Assembly (NCBI GenBank): GCA_965261395.1
Contig: OZ253462.1
Span: 2,048,001 to 2,112,000, forward strand
DNA: 64,000 bases
From: Candidatus Latescibacterota bacterium
GTDB taxonomy: Bacteria; Latescibacterota; UBA2968; UBA8231
Reading direction: 5' to 3'
The position numbers and the translations under genes were made by a program. The notes beneath the pieces were generated by a model. That model was not told where the DNA came from. It was given only the letters and a program-made list of their open reading frames with translations, and searched no databases. Shown piece after piece: positions 36,187-46,262 of this stretch. Within the stretch, counting starts at the first letter, position 1. Every line of letters begins with the position of its first letter.

Positions 36187-37914
36187 CTATTGCCCTTTTA
36201 TCTCCGTCGCTTCGTCGGCAAAACGGATACCCGAATTGGGCGGAGGCGTGGGCGCGTCGGAATAGAGTTGGCGCATCAATTTTGTGAAAGTGCCACCCGT
36301 GATCGTCGGGGCGTACTCCTGCCATGTGCGGATAGCCGGCCCGTCTGCGTCTCGGCGCAGGATGCGGATGGTTCCGAATGTTTTTTCCACCGAGTAGCCG
36401 GGAACGGAAGTGGCCGGGTTCGCCGACACGATGTGGCTGACCGAGCTTGCAATAACCTCCAACTGTGATTTTTCCGCATCTGAGAATAGGCCAAGCATTC
36501 TACGGCCGGTATAGAGTGGTATTTTCCGGTGCAGATAGTAGTAGCCGGGGATATTGAAATAGGCGCGGTCAACCTGCCACACGGCGGTGACTCCAGGCGC
36601 ACTGGCGAGATAGCGGTACGCGGCAAAAACCGGGTCCTGATTGCGCAGGAAACCAACGATGCCGGTCTCCCTTGAATATGCCTGATACACTTTTTCTTGG
36701 TACGGCAGCGCGTTCAGGATGCCGGCGAGGGAAATCGCTGCGAAGGATGCTGCCAGCGCGAGGGAAGTCGGCCCCAACAACATGCGCGACCTGCCCGCGC
36801 TAGCACGGGACGCGAACCACACCACAAAGTCTGCGCCAATCAGCAGCCAGAGCGGAATGACGACGAAGATGAAGCGATACTCCTTGTGAGACTGCGTCGA
36901 GTGGATCAGCAGCGTCAGGGCGATAAGCGTCAGCAGGAATCCGTAGCGCCGGAGGTCGGGCAAAGCCAAGACACACAGGGCCACCAGCCCCATATTGGCT
37001 ATCAGGAGCTGATAGAGGAATTGCCATGCTGGGCTCTCACCGGCGCGCAAGTCGCCAAGGGCGAGGTTGACGCGAATGTTGACGACGTAGGAGTGAAACA
37101 AACCACCGTCCCACGTAATCGCGTCGAATATGCCGATGGCGACAAGAACCGAGGCCGCGATAAGCACGAGCTGAGTCTTTTTCCCAGTGCGCAAAAAGAA
37201 CAGGCCAAGAATCAGCAGGGCCAACGGGGCATACTGCACCCGGATCGCCGCCACCAGCACCGCTAGCACCGCTGCCGTTAAGACGACCCGCAGTTTGTCC
37301 GACGCAGGCCGCACACAAAGCGCAAGCAAGGACATCAGCAGGGCCGTGGCGACAAACTCGGTCATCGGCTTGTGGGCAAAACCGACAAGCTCGTACCAGA
37401 ACGCACCCATCAGCAACGCGACCCGCGCCGCAGTTTCGCCAAAGTGCCACCGGGCAAAAAAGTACATGCCCGCCGGGATGAGCAGGGAGATCGCGCAAAA
37501 CACGAGCTTGACGCCGCCGACGTACCAGAAAGGCTGACCGAGGCCGACGATGTCGAACAACTTCAAGACGCCAGCGACCAACCCAGGTACCAGCCACGAA
37601 CGGGCACCGTAGAAGTACTCCCAATAGGTTACGCCATTACCGAAGACTAGGCGGTGAGCCGGTTCGAGGTACTGCATGATTTCGTCGGGGTGCAAGACGA
37701 AGTCGCCGGACAGGGCAATAGCCGCCCGTGCGACAAAGGCCAGAGCGAGCACCGGCAGCAGGTATTTCCAAGGGCGCTCGTTAGGAGGGACCGGATGCAG
37801 CAGGAGGTCGGACATCGAGCGCAGACGCACTGACCAGGGCAACGCCTGCTTGAGCTTATCCCGGCGGGTGGTTGCGCCGCGCCCATGTGCTTGAGACCGA
37901 TTGCGCTTGGACAA
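36187..37914 (-). CDS. PIG-B/Alg9-like (GT22) membrane mannosyltransferase
   Basis: HPDEIMQYLEPAH..FG.G...WEY...RSW and HKEYRFI match PIG-B/Alg9 motifs; many TM helices; start uncertain. Confidence 0.8.
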   Translation of the reverse strand: MSKRNRSQAHGRGATTRRDKLKQALPWSVRLRSMSDLLLHPVPPNERPWKYLLPVLALAFVARAAIALSGDFVLHPDEIMQYLEPAHRLVFGNGVTYWEYFYGARSWLVPGLVAGVLKLFDIVGLGQPFWYVGGVKLVFCAISLLIPAGMYFFARWHFGETAARVALLMGAFWYELVGFAHKPMTEFVATALLMSLLALCVRPASDKLRVVLTAAVLAVLVAAIRVQYAPLALLILGLFFLRTGKKTQLVLIAASVLVAIGIFDAITWDGGLFHSYVVNIRVNLALGDLRAGESPAWQFLYQLLIANMGLVALCVLALPDLRRYGFLLTLIALTLLIHSTQSHKEYRFIFVVIPLWLLIGADFVVWFASRASAGRSRMLLGPTSLALAASFAAISLAGILNALPYQEKVYQAYSRETGIVGFLRNQDPVFAAYRYLASAPGVTAVWQVDRAYFNIPGYYYLHRKIPLYTGRRMLGLFSDAEKSQLEVIASSVSHIVSANPATSVPGYSVEKTFGTIRILRRDADGPAIRTWQEYAPTITGGTFTKLMRQLYSDAPTPPPNSGIRFADEATEIKGQ

Positions 37915-37960
37915 AGGCTATCCCCTAGGCGTACTTGTTCATCTCAGGAAGCAAGGCCGG

Positions 37961-38368
37961 TCAACGCCCCTCCTCCCGAAACGTCCAGTAGGAATTGAGG
38001 AAGTAATTAAACAACGTGCCCGGCGCGATCGCGCACCCCTGTAGCCACACCGGATCAACTTGCGGTAACCACACCGACAGCCCGACAAACGTCGAATAGC
38101 TCACCCCGAGGGCCAGCAGCGAGACGATGTGAAACCGCAAACCCCGGATCCGCTTGCGGCTGCTCAGGTCGCGGTCGGCAAAGGTCCAATAGTTGTTGAG
38201 GAAAAAGTTCGAAAAGACCGAGATTTCGATCGCAATGGGCGAGGCCAGATACTTATGGACGCCGAGTTCGAGCAGGATATGGAACGAACCGAGATTGACC
38301 ACCACCCCGCTGAGGCCGGTCAGGCAGAATTTTACGAAGGTGCGGGGTGTGCCAAGCACAGCTACCAT
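37961..38368 (-). CDS. GtrA family membrane protein (putative lipid-phosphosugar flippase)
   Basis: KFCLTGLSGVVVN, NFFLNNYWTF, NYFLNSYWTF; four TM helices. Confidence 0.88.
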   Translation of the reverse strand: MVAVLGTPRTFVKFCLTGLSGVVVNLGSFHILLELGVHKYLASPIAIEISVFSNFFLNNYWTFADRDLSSRKRIRGLRFHIVSLLALGVSYSTFVGLSVWLPQVDPVWLQGCAIAPGTLFNYFLNSYWTFREEGR

Positions 38369-38387
38369 TTTGCGCGAGCCTTGCTAC

Positions 38388-39227
38388 TTACGCCGCGTCG
38401 TATTCGGCCATCAAGCCGCGCAAGTAGCGCACGGCCTTGGGTATGGCGGTCGCCTCTGCTTCCGCGTCCTGCCCTTCGTACACCACCGACAGCCAGCCGT
38501 TGTAGTTGACGCCTTTTAGAATCTCGAAGATGCGCGGATAGTTGAGCCACTCTTCAACGCCGCTTTCGATGCGATAGATCTTGCAGCGGACGTGGACGGC
38601 CAACGGAGCGGTCTCCTCGATGCTGCCGTAAAAGTTGAGGGCGGGATCTTCGTGCCCGCGCTGGCCCGAAGCCCCGGGCGAGCCAACGTATTGACCCGTG
38701 TCGAGGATGTGCGAGAAATAAGGGTTATCGACGCCCTCGATAATGCGGCGCACATCCTTGCCCGTGCGCGTGACGCAGCCGTGGTTGTGGTTGTGCAAGC
38801 CGACCACCACGCCCTTTTCCTCGCCGTGCGCCGCTACTTCCTCCAAGCAGGGCATCATCCGCGCCCACACGTCCTCTTCGCGGTCGCCTTCGGGAATCCA
38901 CGCGGCAAAAACCCGCACCAGCGGAATGCCCATGAACGCGGCCACGTCAATCCACTCCTTGGCAGTGGAGACTTCGGCGGCGAGTTCGTCTTGGGGTTTG
39001 CCGAAGTTGGAGCTGACGCCGATATAGGAAAGCGCGAGCCCGCGCCTGAAGGCCTGCATGCGAATGCTGCGCAGATAGGCCGGGTCGAGCGAGGTAAAGG
39101 CGCGCGTGTGGATGTCGATGCCGTCGAGGCTGAGCTGGTAGGCGCGTTCAATAAACTGCTCCAAGTCGAGCTTGCTCGCGGCAAATTCGTCTTTGTAGCT
39201 GAGGGACATGCAGCCTAGTTTGAGCAT
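38388..39227 (-). CDS. Sugar phosphate isomerase/epimerase (xylose-isomerase-like TIM barrel)
   Basis: LVRVFA, LHNH, LDTG, Y.GWLSVVYEG. Confidence 0.85.
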   Translation of the reverse strand: MLKLGCMSLSYKDEFAASKLDLEQFIERAYQLSLDGIDIHTRAFTSLDPAYLRSIRMQAFRRGLALSYIGVSSNFGKPQDELAAEVSTAKEWIDVAAFMGIPLVRVFAAWIPEGDREEDVWARMMPCLEEVAAHGEEKGVVVGLHNHNHGCVTRTGKDVRRIIEGVDNPYFSHILDTGQYVGSPGASGQRGHEDPALNFYGSIEETAPLAVHVRCKIYRIESGVEEWLNYPRIFEILKGVNYNGWLSVVYEGQDAEAEATAIPKAVRYLRGLMAEYDAA

Positions 39228-39377
39228 TAGAGGTCTCCTTTAGAGTGGGATTGGGCGCAATTTGCAACTCGCACGTATTGGGCCGACAAAATAACGAACT
39301 ACGGCGCGGCGGCCAATTTGTCCGCAACCAAGGCTTGTGCTATTTTCCGCGCTTCACCTCCAACAGGAAGCAAAGCT

Positions 39378-40481
39378 GTGATCGAAGTAGGAGAATACAA
39401 AGTCGCCGAGCCGGACGGCATTGAGACGCCAGCTATGCTGGTCTTTGCCGACCAACTCGACCACAACATAAAAACAGTCGGCGAATTAGTCGGCGGCAGC
39501 GAGCACTTGTTCGTTCACGTCAAGACCCACAAGTCCATCGACGTAACGCGCAAACAGCTCGCCTCCGGCGTCGCCGGGTTCAAATGCGCCACGCTCAAGG
39601 AGCTGGAGATGGCCCTCGACGCCGGCGCGCAGGAAGCCATTCTGTCCTATCCGCTGGTGCAAAAAAGCAAGGTGCTGCGCTTCGCCGCGTTGGCGCAAAG
39701 AGACGCGACCATCAGTGCGATTGCCAGCGCACCCGCGCATGTGCAGGTCTTAGGCGACGTGGCGCAAGAGCGGCAGCAAACTCTGCGGGTGATGATCGAC
39801 CTCAACGTAGGCATGTTCCGCACCGGCGTTCCTTTGGACGCGGCCATCGACCTCTACCGCCAAGTGGCGCAACACCCCCACCTGTCGCCGGGCGGACTAC
39901 ATTTGTATGACGGGCACGAGACCATCTCCGAGCCTAAGGCGCGCCAAGCAGCGGCCGAGCAGCACATCCGCGATGCCCAACGCCTAAAAGCAGCCCTCGA
40001 AGGCGAGGGCTTGGCCGTGCCCCGAGTCGTCGGGGGCGGATCCTTTTCCTCTTTATACTACGCCCGCACCGAGGGGATGCACGGCTCCCCAGGCACCTGC
40101 GTGTACTGGGATGCTGGGTACGGCAGCAAAATGGCCGAACTGCCCTTCAAATGGGCGGCCCTCGTCCTGACGCAAGTGGTCGATCGCTATCCCGAGCATC
40201 AGACAATCACCACGGACTTGGGCACCAAGGCCATCAGCGACGATGGCCCCCTGCCGAGCCGGGCCAAGCTCTTGCAGAATCCAGCGGCCGAGTTGCTCAG
40301 GCAAAACGAGGAACACGGCGTCTTCTCCTGGTCCGATTCACAACCCGAAGTCGGCACCTACCTCCTCGCCGTGCCTTGGCACGTGTGTCCGACGACGATT
40401 CGCTACCCGGGCACGCACGTCATCGATGGCCACGGGCAGGTCGCAGGCTACTACCTGCACTCGGCCCGCGACCGCGCCTAA
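39378..40481 (+). CDS. D-threonine aldolase / D-serine dehydratase (DSD1) family PLP enzyme
   Basis: TPAMLV, HVKTHK (PLP Lys), RTGV, GLHLYDGH, NEEHG, HVCPT. Confidence 0.88.
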   Translation: MIEVGEYKVAEPDGIETPAMLVFADQLDHNIKTVGELVGGSEHLFVHVKTHKSIDVTRKQLASGVAGFKCATLKELEMALDAGAQEAILSYPLVQKSKVLRFAALAQRDATISAIASAPAHVQVLGDVAQERQQTLRVMIDLNVGMFRTGVPLDAAIDLYRQVAQHPHLSPGGLHLYDGHETISEPKARQAAAEQHIRDAQRLKAALEGEGLAVPRVVGGGSFSSLYYARTEGMHGSPGTCVYWDAGYGSKMAELPFKWAALVLTQVVDRYPEHQTITTDLGTKAISDDGPLPSRAKLLQNPAAELLRQNEEHGVFSWSDSQPEVGTYLLAVPWHVCPTTIRYPGTHVIDGHGQVAGYYLHSARDRA

Positions 40482-40487
40482 TTAGCG

Positions 40488-41648
40488 ATGCCCGCGCAGT
40501 TGAAGCTGGCGGAACTAGCCGCCAAGGAGCGGCGGCGGGTCGTGGGACTGATGTCCGGGACCTCGGCCGACGGGATCGACGCCGTGCTGGTCGATCTGTG
40601 GGGCTGCGGCGAATCCACGCGCTACGAAGTCTTGTCCTTTAATACCACGCCGCTGCCCAGCGACTTGCGGCGCGAGGTATTCGCCCTCTTCGCTGAGGAT
40701 GCGTCACTCGACGCGCTGTGCCGGATCAACTTTGCCCTCGGCGAGGCGTTTGCAACAGCAGCCCTAGCCGCGGTCGAGCAAGCCAAGCTCAGTCCCGAAA
40801 CCATCGATCTAATCGGCTCGCACGGACAGACCGTGCGCCATCTGCCGGCCAGCGGGGCTACCTTGCAGATTGGCGAGCCAGCCGTTATTGCTGCGCGCAC
40901 GGGCGCGGTGACCATTGCGGACTTTCGCGCGGCCGACATGGCCGTCGGCGGCGAAGGCGCACCGCTGGTACCGCTAGTAGATCACCTGCTCTTTGGCCAT
41001 CGGCACGAGGGGCGTCTGCTGCTCAATATCGGCGGGATCGCCAACATCACGGCCTTGCCGCCCAACGCCGATACCAGCGCAATACGGGCCTTTGACCTAG
41101 GACCGGGCAACATGCTCATCGATGCGGCCGTGGCGCATTGCACCGGCGGTCGCGAGCACTTCGATCGCGGAGGTATGCGGGCGTCGTGGGGGCGCGTCGA
41201 TGAGGCCCTATTGGCCGAGCTGATGCGCACCAGCTTCTTACAGCGCGAGCCGCCCAAATCCACGGGGCGCGAGGAATTTGGCGAGCCTTTCCTCGCGGAT
41301 ATTCTCCGGCGCGGCACGTGGAAAGACGACGACCTGATCGCCACGCTAACCGCCTTTACCGTGCAATCCATTGCCGAGGGCATTCGCCGCTTCTGCCCCG
41401 GGGAGTTCGCCAAGCTCTGGGTCGGCGGCGGCGGCGTCCACAATCCGCGCATTATGGCGGGGTTGCGCCACGCGCTGCCGGATCTAGCAGTCCAGTCGCT
41501 GGCCGACCTGGGCGTTGATCCAGACGCGCGCGAGGCCCTCGCCTTCGCGGTGCTTGCCAACGAGACGCTGATGGGCCGCACCGGCAATATCCCGGCCGCC
41601 ACCCGCGCCCAGCGCCCGGTCGTCCTCGGCAAAATCGCCCTGCCGTGA
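40488..41648 (+). CDS. anmK: Anhydro-N-acetylmuramic acid kinase
   Basis: GLMSGTSADGID, GSHGQT, GGEGAPLVP, NIGGIAN, PPKSTGRE. Confidence 0.96.
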   Translation: MPAQLKLAELAAKERRRVVGLMSGTSADGIDAVLVDLWGCGESTRYEVLSFNTTPLPSDLRREVFALFAEDASLDALCRINFALGEAFATAALAAVEQAKLSPETIDLIGSHGQTVRHLPASGATLQIGEPAVIAARTGAVTIADFRAADMAVGGEGAPLVPLVDHLLFGHRHEGRLLLNIGGIANITALPPNADTSAIRAFDLGPGNMLIDAAVAHCTGGREHFDRGGMRASWGRVDEALLAELMRTSFLQREPPKSTGREEFGEPFLADILRRGTWKDDDLIATLTAFTVQSIAEGIRRFCPGEFAKLWVGGGGVHNPRIMAGLRHALPDLAVQSLADLGVDPDAREALAFAVLANETLMGRTGNIPAATRAQRPVVLGKIALP

Positions 41649-41653
41649 ACCGC

Positions 41654-41681
41654 GTAGGGGCGACCGGCCGGTCGCCCCTAC
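41654..41681. repeat. GTAG-type REP palindrome
   Basis: Perfect 28-bp palindrome GTAGGGGCGACCGGCCGGTCGCCCCTAC just after the anmK stop. Confidence 0.8.
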
Positions 41682-41754
41682 AGTTGATAAAAATCCGCGC
41701 CGCCAATATGTTTGCCCGCTAGTTTGCCCGCTACCAAACCACAAAGGAGACGCA

Positions 41755-44661
41755 ATGGATCGCCGCGATTTTGAACTGCTGCGCGACGAAGAAATTCCCG
41801 AGCTCAATACCCGCGCCTTGCTCTACCGGCACCGCACCGGCTGCGAAATTGTCTCGCTGATCAACGACGACGAGAACAAGGTCTTTGGCATCAACTTCCG
41901 CACCCCACCGGCCGACTCGACCGGCATTGCCCACATCCTCGAACACTCCGTGTTGTGCGGCTCGCGCAAGTACCCGGTCAAGGAGCCGTTTGTCGAGCTG
42001 ATCAAAGGCTCGCTCAACACCTTCCTCAACGCCTTCACCTATCCAGATAAAACCTGCTACCCGGTCGCCAGCACCAATTTGCAGGATTTCTACAACCTGA
42101 TCGACGTGTATCTCGACGCCGTGTTCTACCCGCGGCTGACGCCAGAAGTCCTGCAACAAGAAGGCTGGCACTACGAGCTAGCAGACCCCAGCGACCCGCT
42201 GCGCTACAAGGGCGTGGTCTTCAACGAAATGAAAGGCGCGTATTCCGATCCCGAGCGGATCCTAGCCGAGCGCACCCAACAATCCATTTTCCCCGACACC
42301 ACCTACGGCGTGGATTCCGGCGGCGATCCGCGCGATATCCCGGCCCTCAGCTTTGACCAGTTCAAGCGCTTCCACGATGACTTTTACCACCCATCCAACG
42401 CCCGCATCTACTTCTACGGCGACGACGACCCCCAGCACCGCCTCGCGCTGTTGCACGACTATCTAAGCGACTACGAAGCGCATTCCGTTGACTCCACCAT
42501 CGGGATCCAGCCGCGCTTTACCGCACCCAAGCAGCAGCAATTTCCCTATGCGGTCGATCGGGACGCGGTCGAAGAGCCGAAGTGCTTTGTCTCGCTCACT
42601 TGGCTGTTGCAAGACGCGATTGACGCTGACGAGCGCCGTGCCTTGCAGGTGCTTGAACACGCACTGCTCGGCACCCCAGGTTCCCCGCTGCGCAAGGCCC
42701 TGATCGACTCCGGGCTAGGCGAGGATCTGACCGGCAGCGGGCTGGAGATCGAGTTGGCGCAGATGTTCTTCAGCGTGGGCCTGAAGGGCGTGCAACAGGG
42801 CGATGCCGATGCGGTCGAGGCCCTGATCTTGCAGCACCTCGGCGGCCTAGCGGACGGCGGGATCGACCAAGGGATGGTCGCGGCCTCGCTGCACACCGCG
42901 GAATTCCGGTTCCGGGAAAACAACACCGGGTCCTTTCCGCGCGGCTTGGGGCTGATGTTGCGGCTGTTGACCGACTGGCTCTACGACCGCGATCCCTTCA
43001 CGCCCTTGCGCTTTGCCGACTCATTCGCCGCGCTCAAGGCCAAGCTAGCGGCGGACGACCGTTATCTAGAGGAGCTAATCCAACGCCACCTCCTAGACAA
43101 CGAGCACCGCACGACCGTGGTCCTTCAGCCCGATGCCGAGTTGGGGACGCGGCTAGAGGAGGAAGAGACCGCGCGCTTAGCAGCGGCCCGTGCAAGCATG
43201 AATCACGCGGAGCTAGAGGAATTGGTCGCGGCCACCCAAAAGCTCAAGCACCTGCAAGAGCAACCCGACGCGCCCGAGGACTTAGCCAAATTGCCCCGCC
43301 TGCAATTGAGCGACCTCGACGCAGCGATCAAGACCGTGCCTCGGCAAGAGGACCAAATCGCCGGGGTGCCGGTGCTCCACCACGACCTCTTTACCAATGG
43401 CATCGCCTATCTCGACGTGGGCTGCGATCTGCGGGTGTTGCCCCAAGAGCTTTTGCCCTATATCCCGCTTTTTGGGCGCGCCCTGCTGGAGATGGGCACC
43501 AAACGCATGAACTTCGTCGAGCTGCACCAGCGGATCGGCAGCCAGACCGGCGGCCTGAGTGCCCATTCGCTGGTGAGCGCGCGCCCCGACGGTGGACCGG
43601 CCGCAACGTATCTCTTTTTGCGCGGCAAGGCCATGGTCGAACGGGTCTCAGACCTAACGGCGATTATGCGCGATGTGCTGTTAGAGGGCCGCCTCGACGA
43701 TCGCGAGCGCTTCTTGCAGATGGCCTTAGAAGAGCGGGCCAGCGCGGAGGGTGGGCTGGTGCCGGGCGGGCACCGAGTGGTATCCACGCGGCTGCGAGCG
43801 CAATTCGACGAGACCGGCTGGCTCGCAGAGCAGATGCGCGGCTTGAGCTATCTGTTTTTCTTGCGGCAACTCATCGAAGACATCCGCCGCGACTGGCCGG
43901 CGGTGCAGGCGCGGTTGGAGCAGATCCGCGCCCTGTTGGTCAACCGGCCGGGTATGCTGTGCAACGCGACCAGCGACGACCGCGCCGCGTGTGACCAGAG
44001 CCTAGCGGAGCTGTTGCGCGAGTTGCCCCAAGAGGCGCACTCGCCCGCGACGTGGACGCCGCACCTGACGGCGGCCGACGAGGGCCTGACCGTCCCCGCG
44101 CAAGTCAACTACGTGGGCAAGGCGGCCAACATCTTCGCACTCGGCTACGAATTGGACGGGTCGTCGGCCGTCATCACGCGCTACTTGGCCACGACTTGGC
44201 TCTGGGATCGGGTGCGGGTGCAAGGGGGGGCCTACGGGGCCTTGTGCTCCTTCGACCCATTTACCGGGGTGTTCACGTACGCATCTTACCGCGACCCCAA
44301 CTTGCTGGAGACGCTGCAAGTGTACGACCAGAGCGGATCCTTCTTGCGCGACTATCCGATCAGCAGCGACGAGCTGACCAAAGCCATCATCGGCACCATC
44401 GGCGATTTCGACTCCTACCAGCTCCCCGACGCCAAGGGCTACGCCTCGCTGATGCGCTACCTGACTGGCATCGACGACGACTATCGCCAGCAAATGCGCG
44501 ACCAAGTCTTGGGCACCAAAGCCGAGCACTTTGCGGATTTTGCCGCGGTGCTGGACCAAGTCGGCGCAACGGGGCGGGTCGCAGTGTTGGGGTCGGCGGA
44601 TGCGATTGCAGCGGCTTCGGCTGCGCGCGGGAACTGGCTGACGCCGGTCAAAGTGCTGTGA
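41755..44661 (+). CDS. M16C metallopeptidase (presequence protease PreP-like)
   Basis: HILEH inverted zincin motif, FLNAFTYPDKT, GVVFNEMKG, VRVQGGAYG, SYRDPN. Confidence 0.95.
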   Translation: MDRRDFELLRDEEIPELNTRALLYRHRTGCEIVSLINDDENKVFGINFRTPPADSTGIAHILEHSVLCGSRKYPVKEPFVELIKGSLNTFLNAFTYPDKTCYPVASTNLQDFYNLIDVYLDAVFYPRLTPEVLQQEGWHYELADPSDPLRYKGVVFNEMKGAYSDPERILAERTQQSIFPDTTYGVDSGGDPRDIPALSFDQFKRFHDDFYHPSNARIYFYGDDDPQHRLALLHDYLSDYEAHSVDSTIGIQPRFTAPKQQQFPYAVDRDAVEEPKCFVSLTWLLQDAIDADERRALQVLEHALLGTPGSPLRKALIDSGLGEDLTGSGLEIELAQMFFSVGLKGVQQGDADAVEALILQHLGGLADGGIDQGMVAASLHTAEFRFRENNTGSFPRGLGLMLRLLTDWLYDRDPFTPLRFADSFAALKAKLAADDRYLEELIQRHLLDNEHRTTVVLQPDAELGTRLEEEETARLAAARASMNHAELEELVAATQKLKHLQEQPDAPEDLAKLPRLQLSDLDAAIKTVPRQEDQIAGVPVLHHDLFTNGIAYLDVGCDLRVLPQELLPYIPLFGRALLEMGTKRMNFVELHQRIGSQTGGLSAHSLVSARPDGGPAATYLFLRGKAMVERVSDLTAIMRDVLLEGRLDDRERFLQMALEERASAEGGLVPGGHRVVSTRLRAQFDETGWLAEQMRGLSYLFFLRQLIEDIRRDWPAVQARLEQIRALLVNRPGMLCNATSDDRAACDQSLAELLRELPQEAHSPATWTPHLTAADEGLTVPAQVNYVGKAANIFALGYELDGSSAVITRYLATTWLWDRVRVQGGAYGALCSFDPFTGVFTYASYRDPNLLETLQVYDQSGSFLRDYPISSDELTKAIIGTIGDFDSYQLPDAKGYASLMRYLTGIDDDYRQQMRDQVLGTKAEHFADFAAVLDQVGATGRVAVLGSADAIAAASAARGNWLTPVKVL

Positions 44662-44708
44662 GAATCTCCTACCAGCAAAACGCGCTATACCGCAAAATTG
44701 TTTGCACG

Positions 44709-44742
44709 ACCGCCTAGGTAACTAGGCGGTTTTTTTATTTTT
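44709..44742 (+). terminator. Intrinsic terminator
   Basis: ACCGCCTAG-GTAA-CTAGGCGGT plus T tract. Confidence 0.88.
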
Positions 44743-44838
44743 GCGGTTCACATAGTCGCGCTTTGTGGGTCATATAGGACAAACGCGCTACCGGCCGGCC
44801 GGAGCAACAACCCGCACTCTTCATTAAAGGAGGGCATC

Positions 44839-45693
44839 ATGCAACCCTTAGCCGTTCGTATCCTTTATGTCGTCCTGATCGCCGTCTATGGCGGCGTCTC
44901 CAGCGCAGCGGCCGTCGAGACCAAGTATCCGCACGGTGTCTTTGAGCCCCGCCTCGACAAACTCCAGGGCTTGCTTGCTCATATCCGCACCGTGGAGAAA
45001 ATCAAGGTCAAGGCCGGTCCCAAGTTGTGGCGGGCCGTTACGGCCATCCCCATCGCGACGGGCATCCCCATCATCCCTGAGCAAGAAGCCGACCTGCGCG
45101 ACTGGCTCTACGACTTCTTGGTCGCCTTTTCCGTCTCCGGTAATGACAGCCTCGCCGCCCAGTTTTACCTGCGCGAGGGCGTCAACAACCCCAGGGCCTT
45201 GAAGAATATGAAAGAGACCCTAGAGAAATGGGGAATCTCCAAAGGCGACACGCCCTTTGCTATCTTCCAAACCATGCACCGAACCGTACTCGACGACCAA
45301 GGCTATGACTACCGCTTTGGCAATGCCTTCTTTCGCCACAGCACGTTCAAGGTGTTCGAAATGCAGGGCCACTACGAGAGCTATCAGTCTTACCCGAGGA
45401 ACGCTGTCAAGCAGGGCCACTACGAGAGCCAGTCTTACCCGAGGGACGTTGTCAAGGCCAGGTTCAAATTGCAGAAAGAGGTTGACGGGGCGCTGCGAGC
45501 CGGTGAGAAGCGAGTCTTCACCGACATCGCGTTTGTCACCGAAGAGCCCGCCGAGTTCGCCGGGTCGGAAGGGCCGATATGCACGCCCTTCTTCTGTCGG
45601 CTGGTCTGGGATCCGGAGCGGTCGATGTGGCGCTTTGTAGAGGTCGTCTACAACTCCAAACAGCCGAATTCTTTTCTGTTTTCGGCCATATAA
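44839..45693 (+). CDS. Secreted hypothetical protein
   Basis: AAGGAGG RBS, signal peptide, internal 48/45-bp duplication. Confidence 0.75.
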   Translation: MQPLAVRILYVVLIAVYGGVSSAAAVETKYPHGVFEPRLDKLQGLLAHIRTVEKIKVKAGPKLWRAVTAIPIATGIPIIPEQEADLRDWLYDFLVAFSVSGNDSLAAQFYLREGVNNPRALKNMKETLEKWGISKGDTPFAIFQTMHRTVLDDQGYDYRFGNAFFRHSTFKVFEMQGHYESYQSYPRNAVKQGHYESQSYPRDVVKARFKLQKEVDGALRAGEKRVFTDIAFVTEEPAEFAGSEGPICTPFFCRLVWDPERSMWRFVEVVYNSKQPNSFLFSAI

Positions 45694-45708
45694 GGACTTG
45701 AGACTATT

Positions 45709-46257
45709 ATGACTTCTATAACGACGGCATTCAGACATCCATACGGGGAGGAAGTTTTGCACCGACCAGCCGACACAAGTGCCGAAGCGGTAGAGCACTA
45801 CGGACGCTTGGTACTCAAAGTAGCCTATAAGATCGTCGCCAATGCCGATGAAGCGCAGGAGGTCTTCCAGGAGACCTTCCTGCGCTTCCACACTGCCTGT
45901 GTGCGCGGCGAGATCATCGCCCACCCCAAGGCATGGCTTTGCCAAGTGGCAACTAACGCGGCCTTCAAAATCCGACGGTATCAACATCGGGCGATGCTTT
46001 GCGAAGATGAAGATATCGCAGTAGAGGCCGATGCCGACAAAGACGCCGAGCGCCGTTTGCTCGTGGACCGAGTGCGCGACTTGGCTGCCGAATTGCCCGA
46101 GCGCCAGCGCACAGTCTTCGCCCTGCGCAACTTCGAAGGCTGGCCCTTTGCCGAAATCGCCGCACGACTAGGATGCAGCGAGGAGTCGGCCAGAGCCAGC
46201 GAGTACAAAGCACTCAAAAAGATCCGCACCCATTTGGGTGCCGATTGCAAGGACTAA
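45709..46257 (+). CDS. ECF RNA polymerase sigma factor
   Basis: AQEVFQETFL, KAWL..VATN, LPERQR.VF.LR..EG....EIA..LG. Confidence 0.93.
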   Translation: MTSITTAFRHPYGEEVLHRPADTSAEAVEHYGRLVLKVAYKIVANADEAQEVFQETFLRFHTACVRGEIIAHPKAWLCQVATNAAFKIRRYQHRAMLCEDEDIAVEADADKDAERRLLVDRVRDLAAELPERQRTVFALRNFEGWPFAEIAARLGCSEESARASEYKALKKIRTHLGADCKD

Positions 46258-46262
46258 ACGCC

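Noticed and set aside
37961-38400. GtrA gene as the broken 3' end of a GT2-GtrA (Dol-P-Man synthase) fusion
   Set aside because: An in-frame stop lies a few codons upstream and the preceding gene is an intact isomerase; no GT2 remnant is visible
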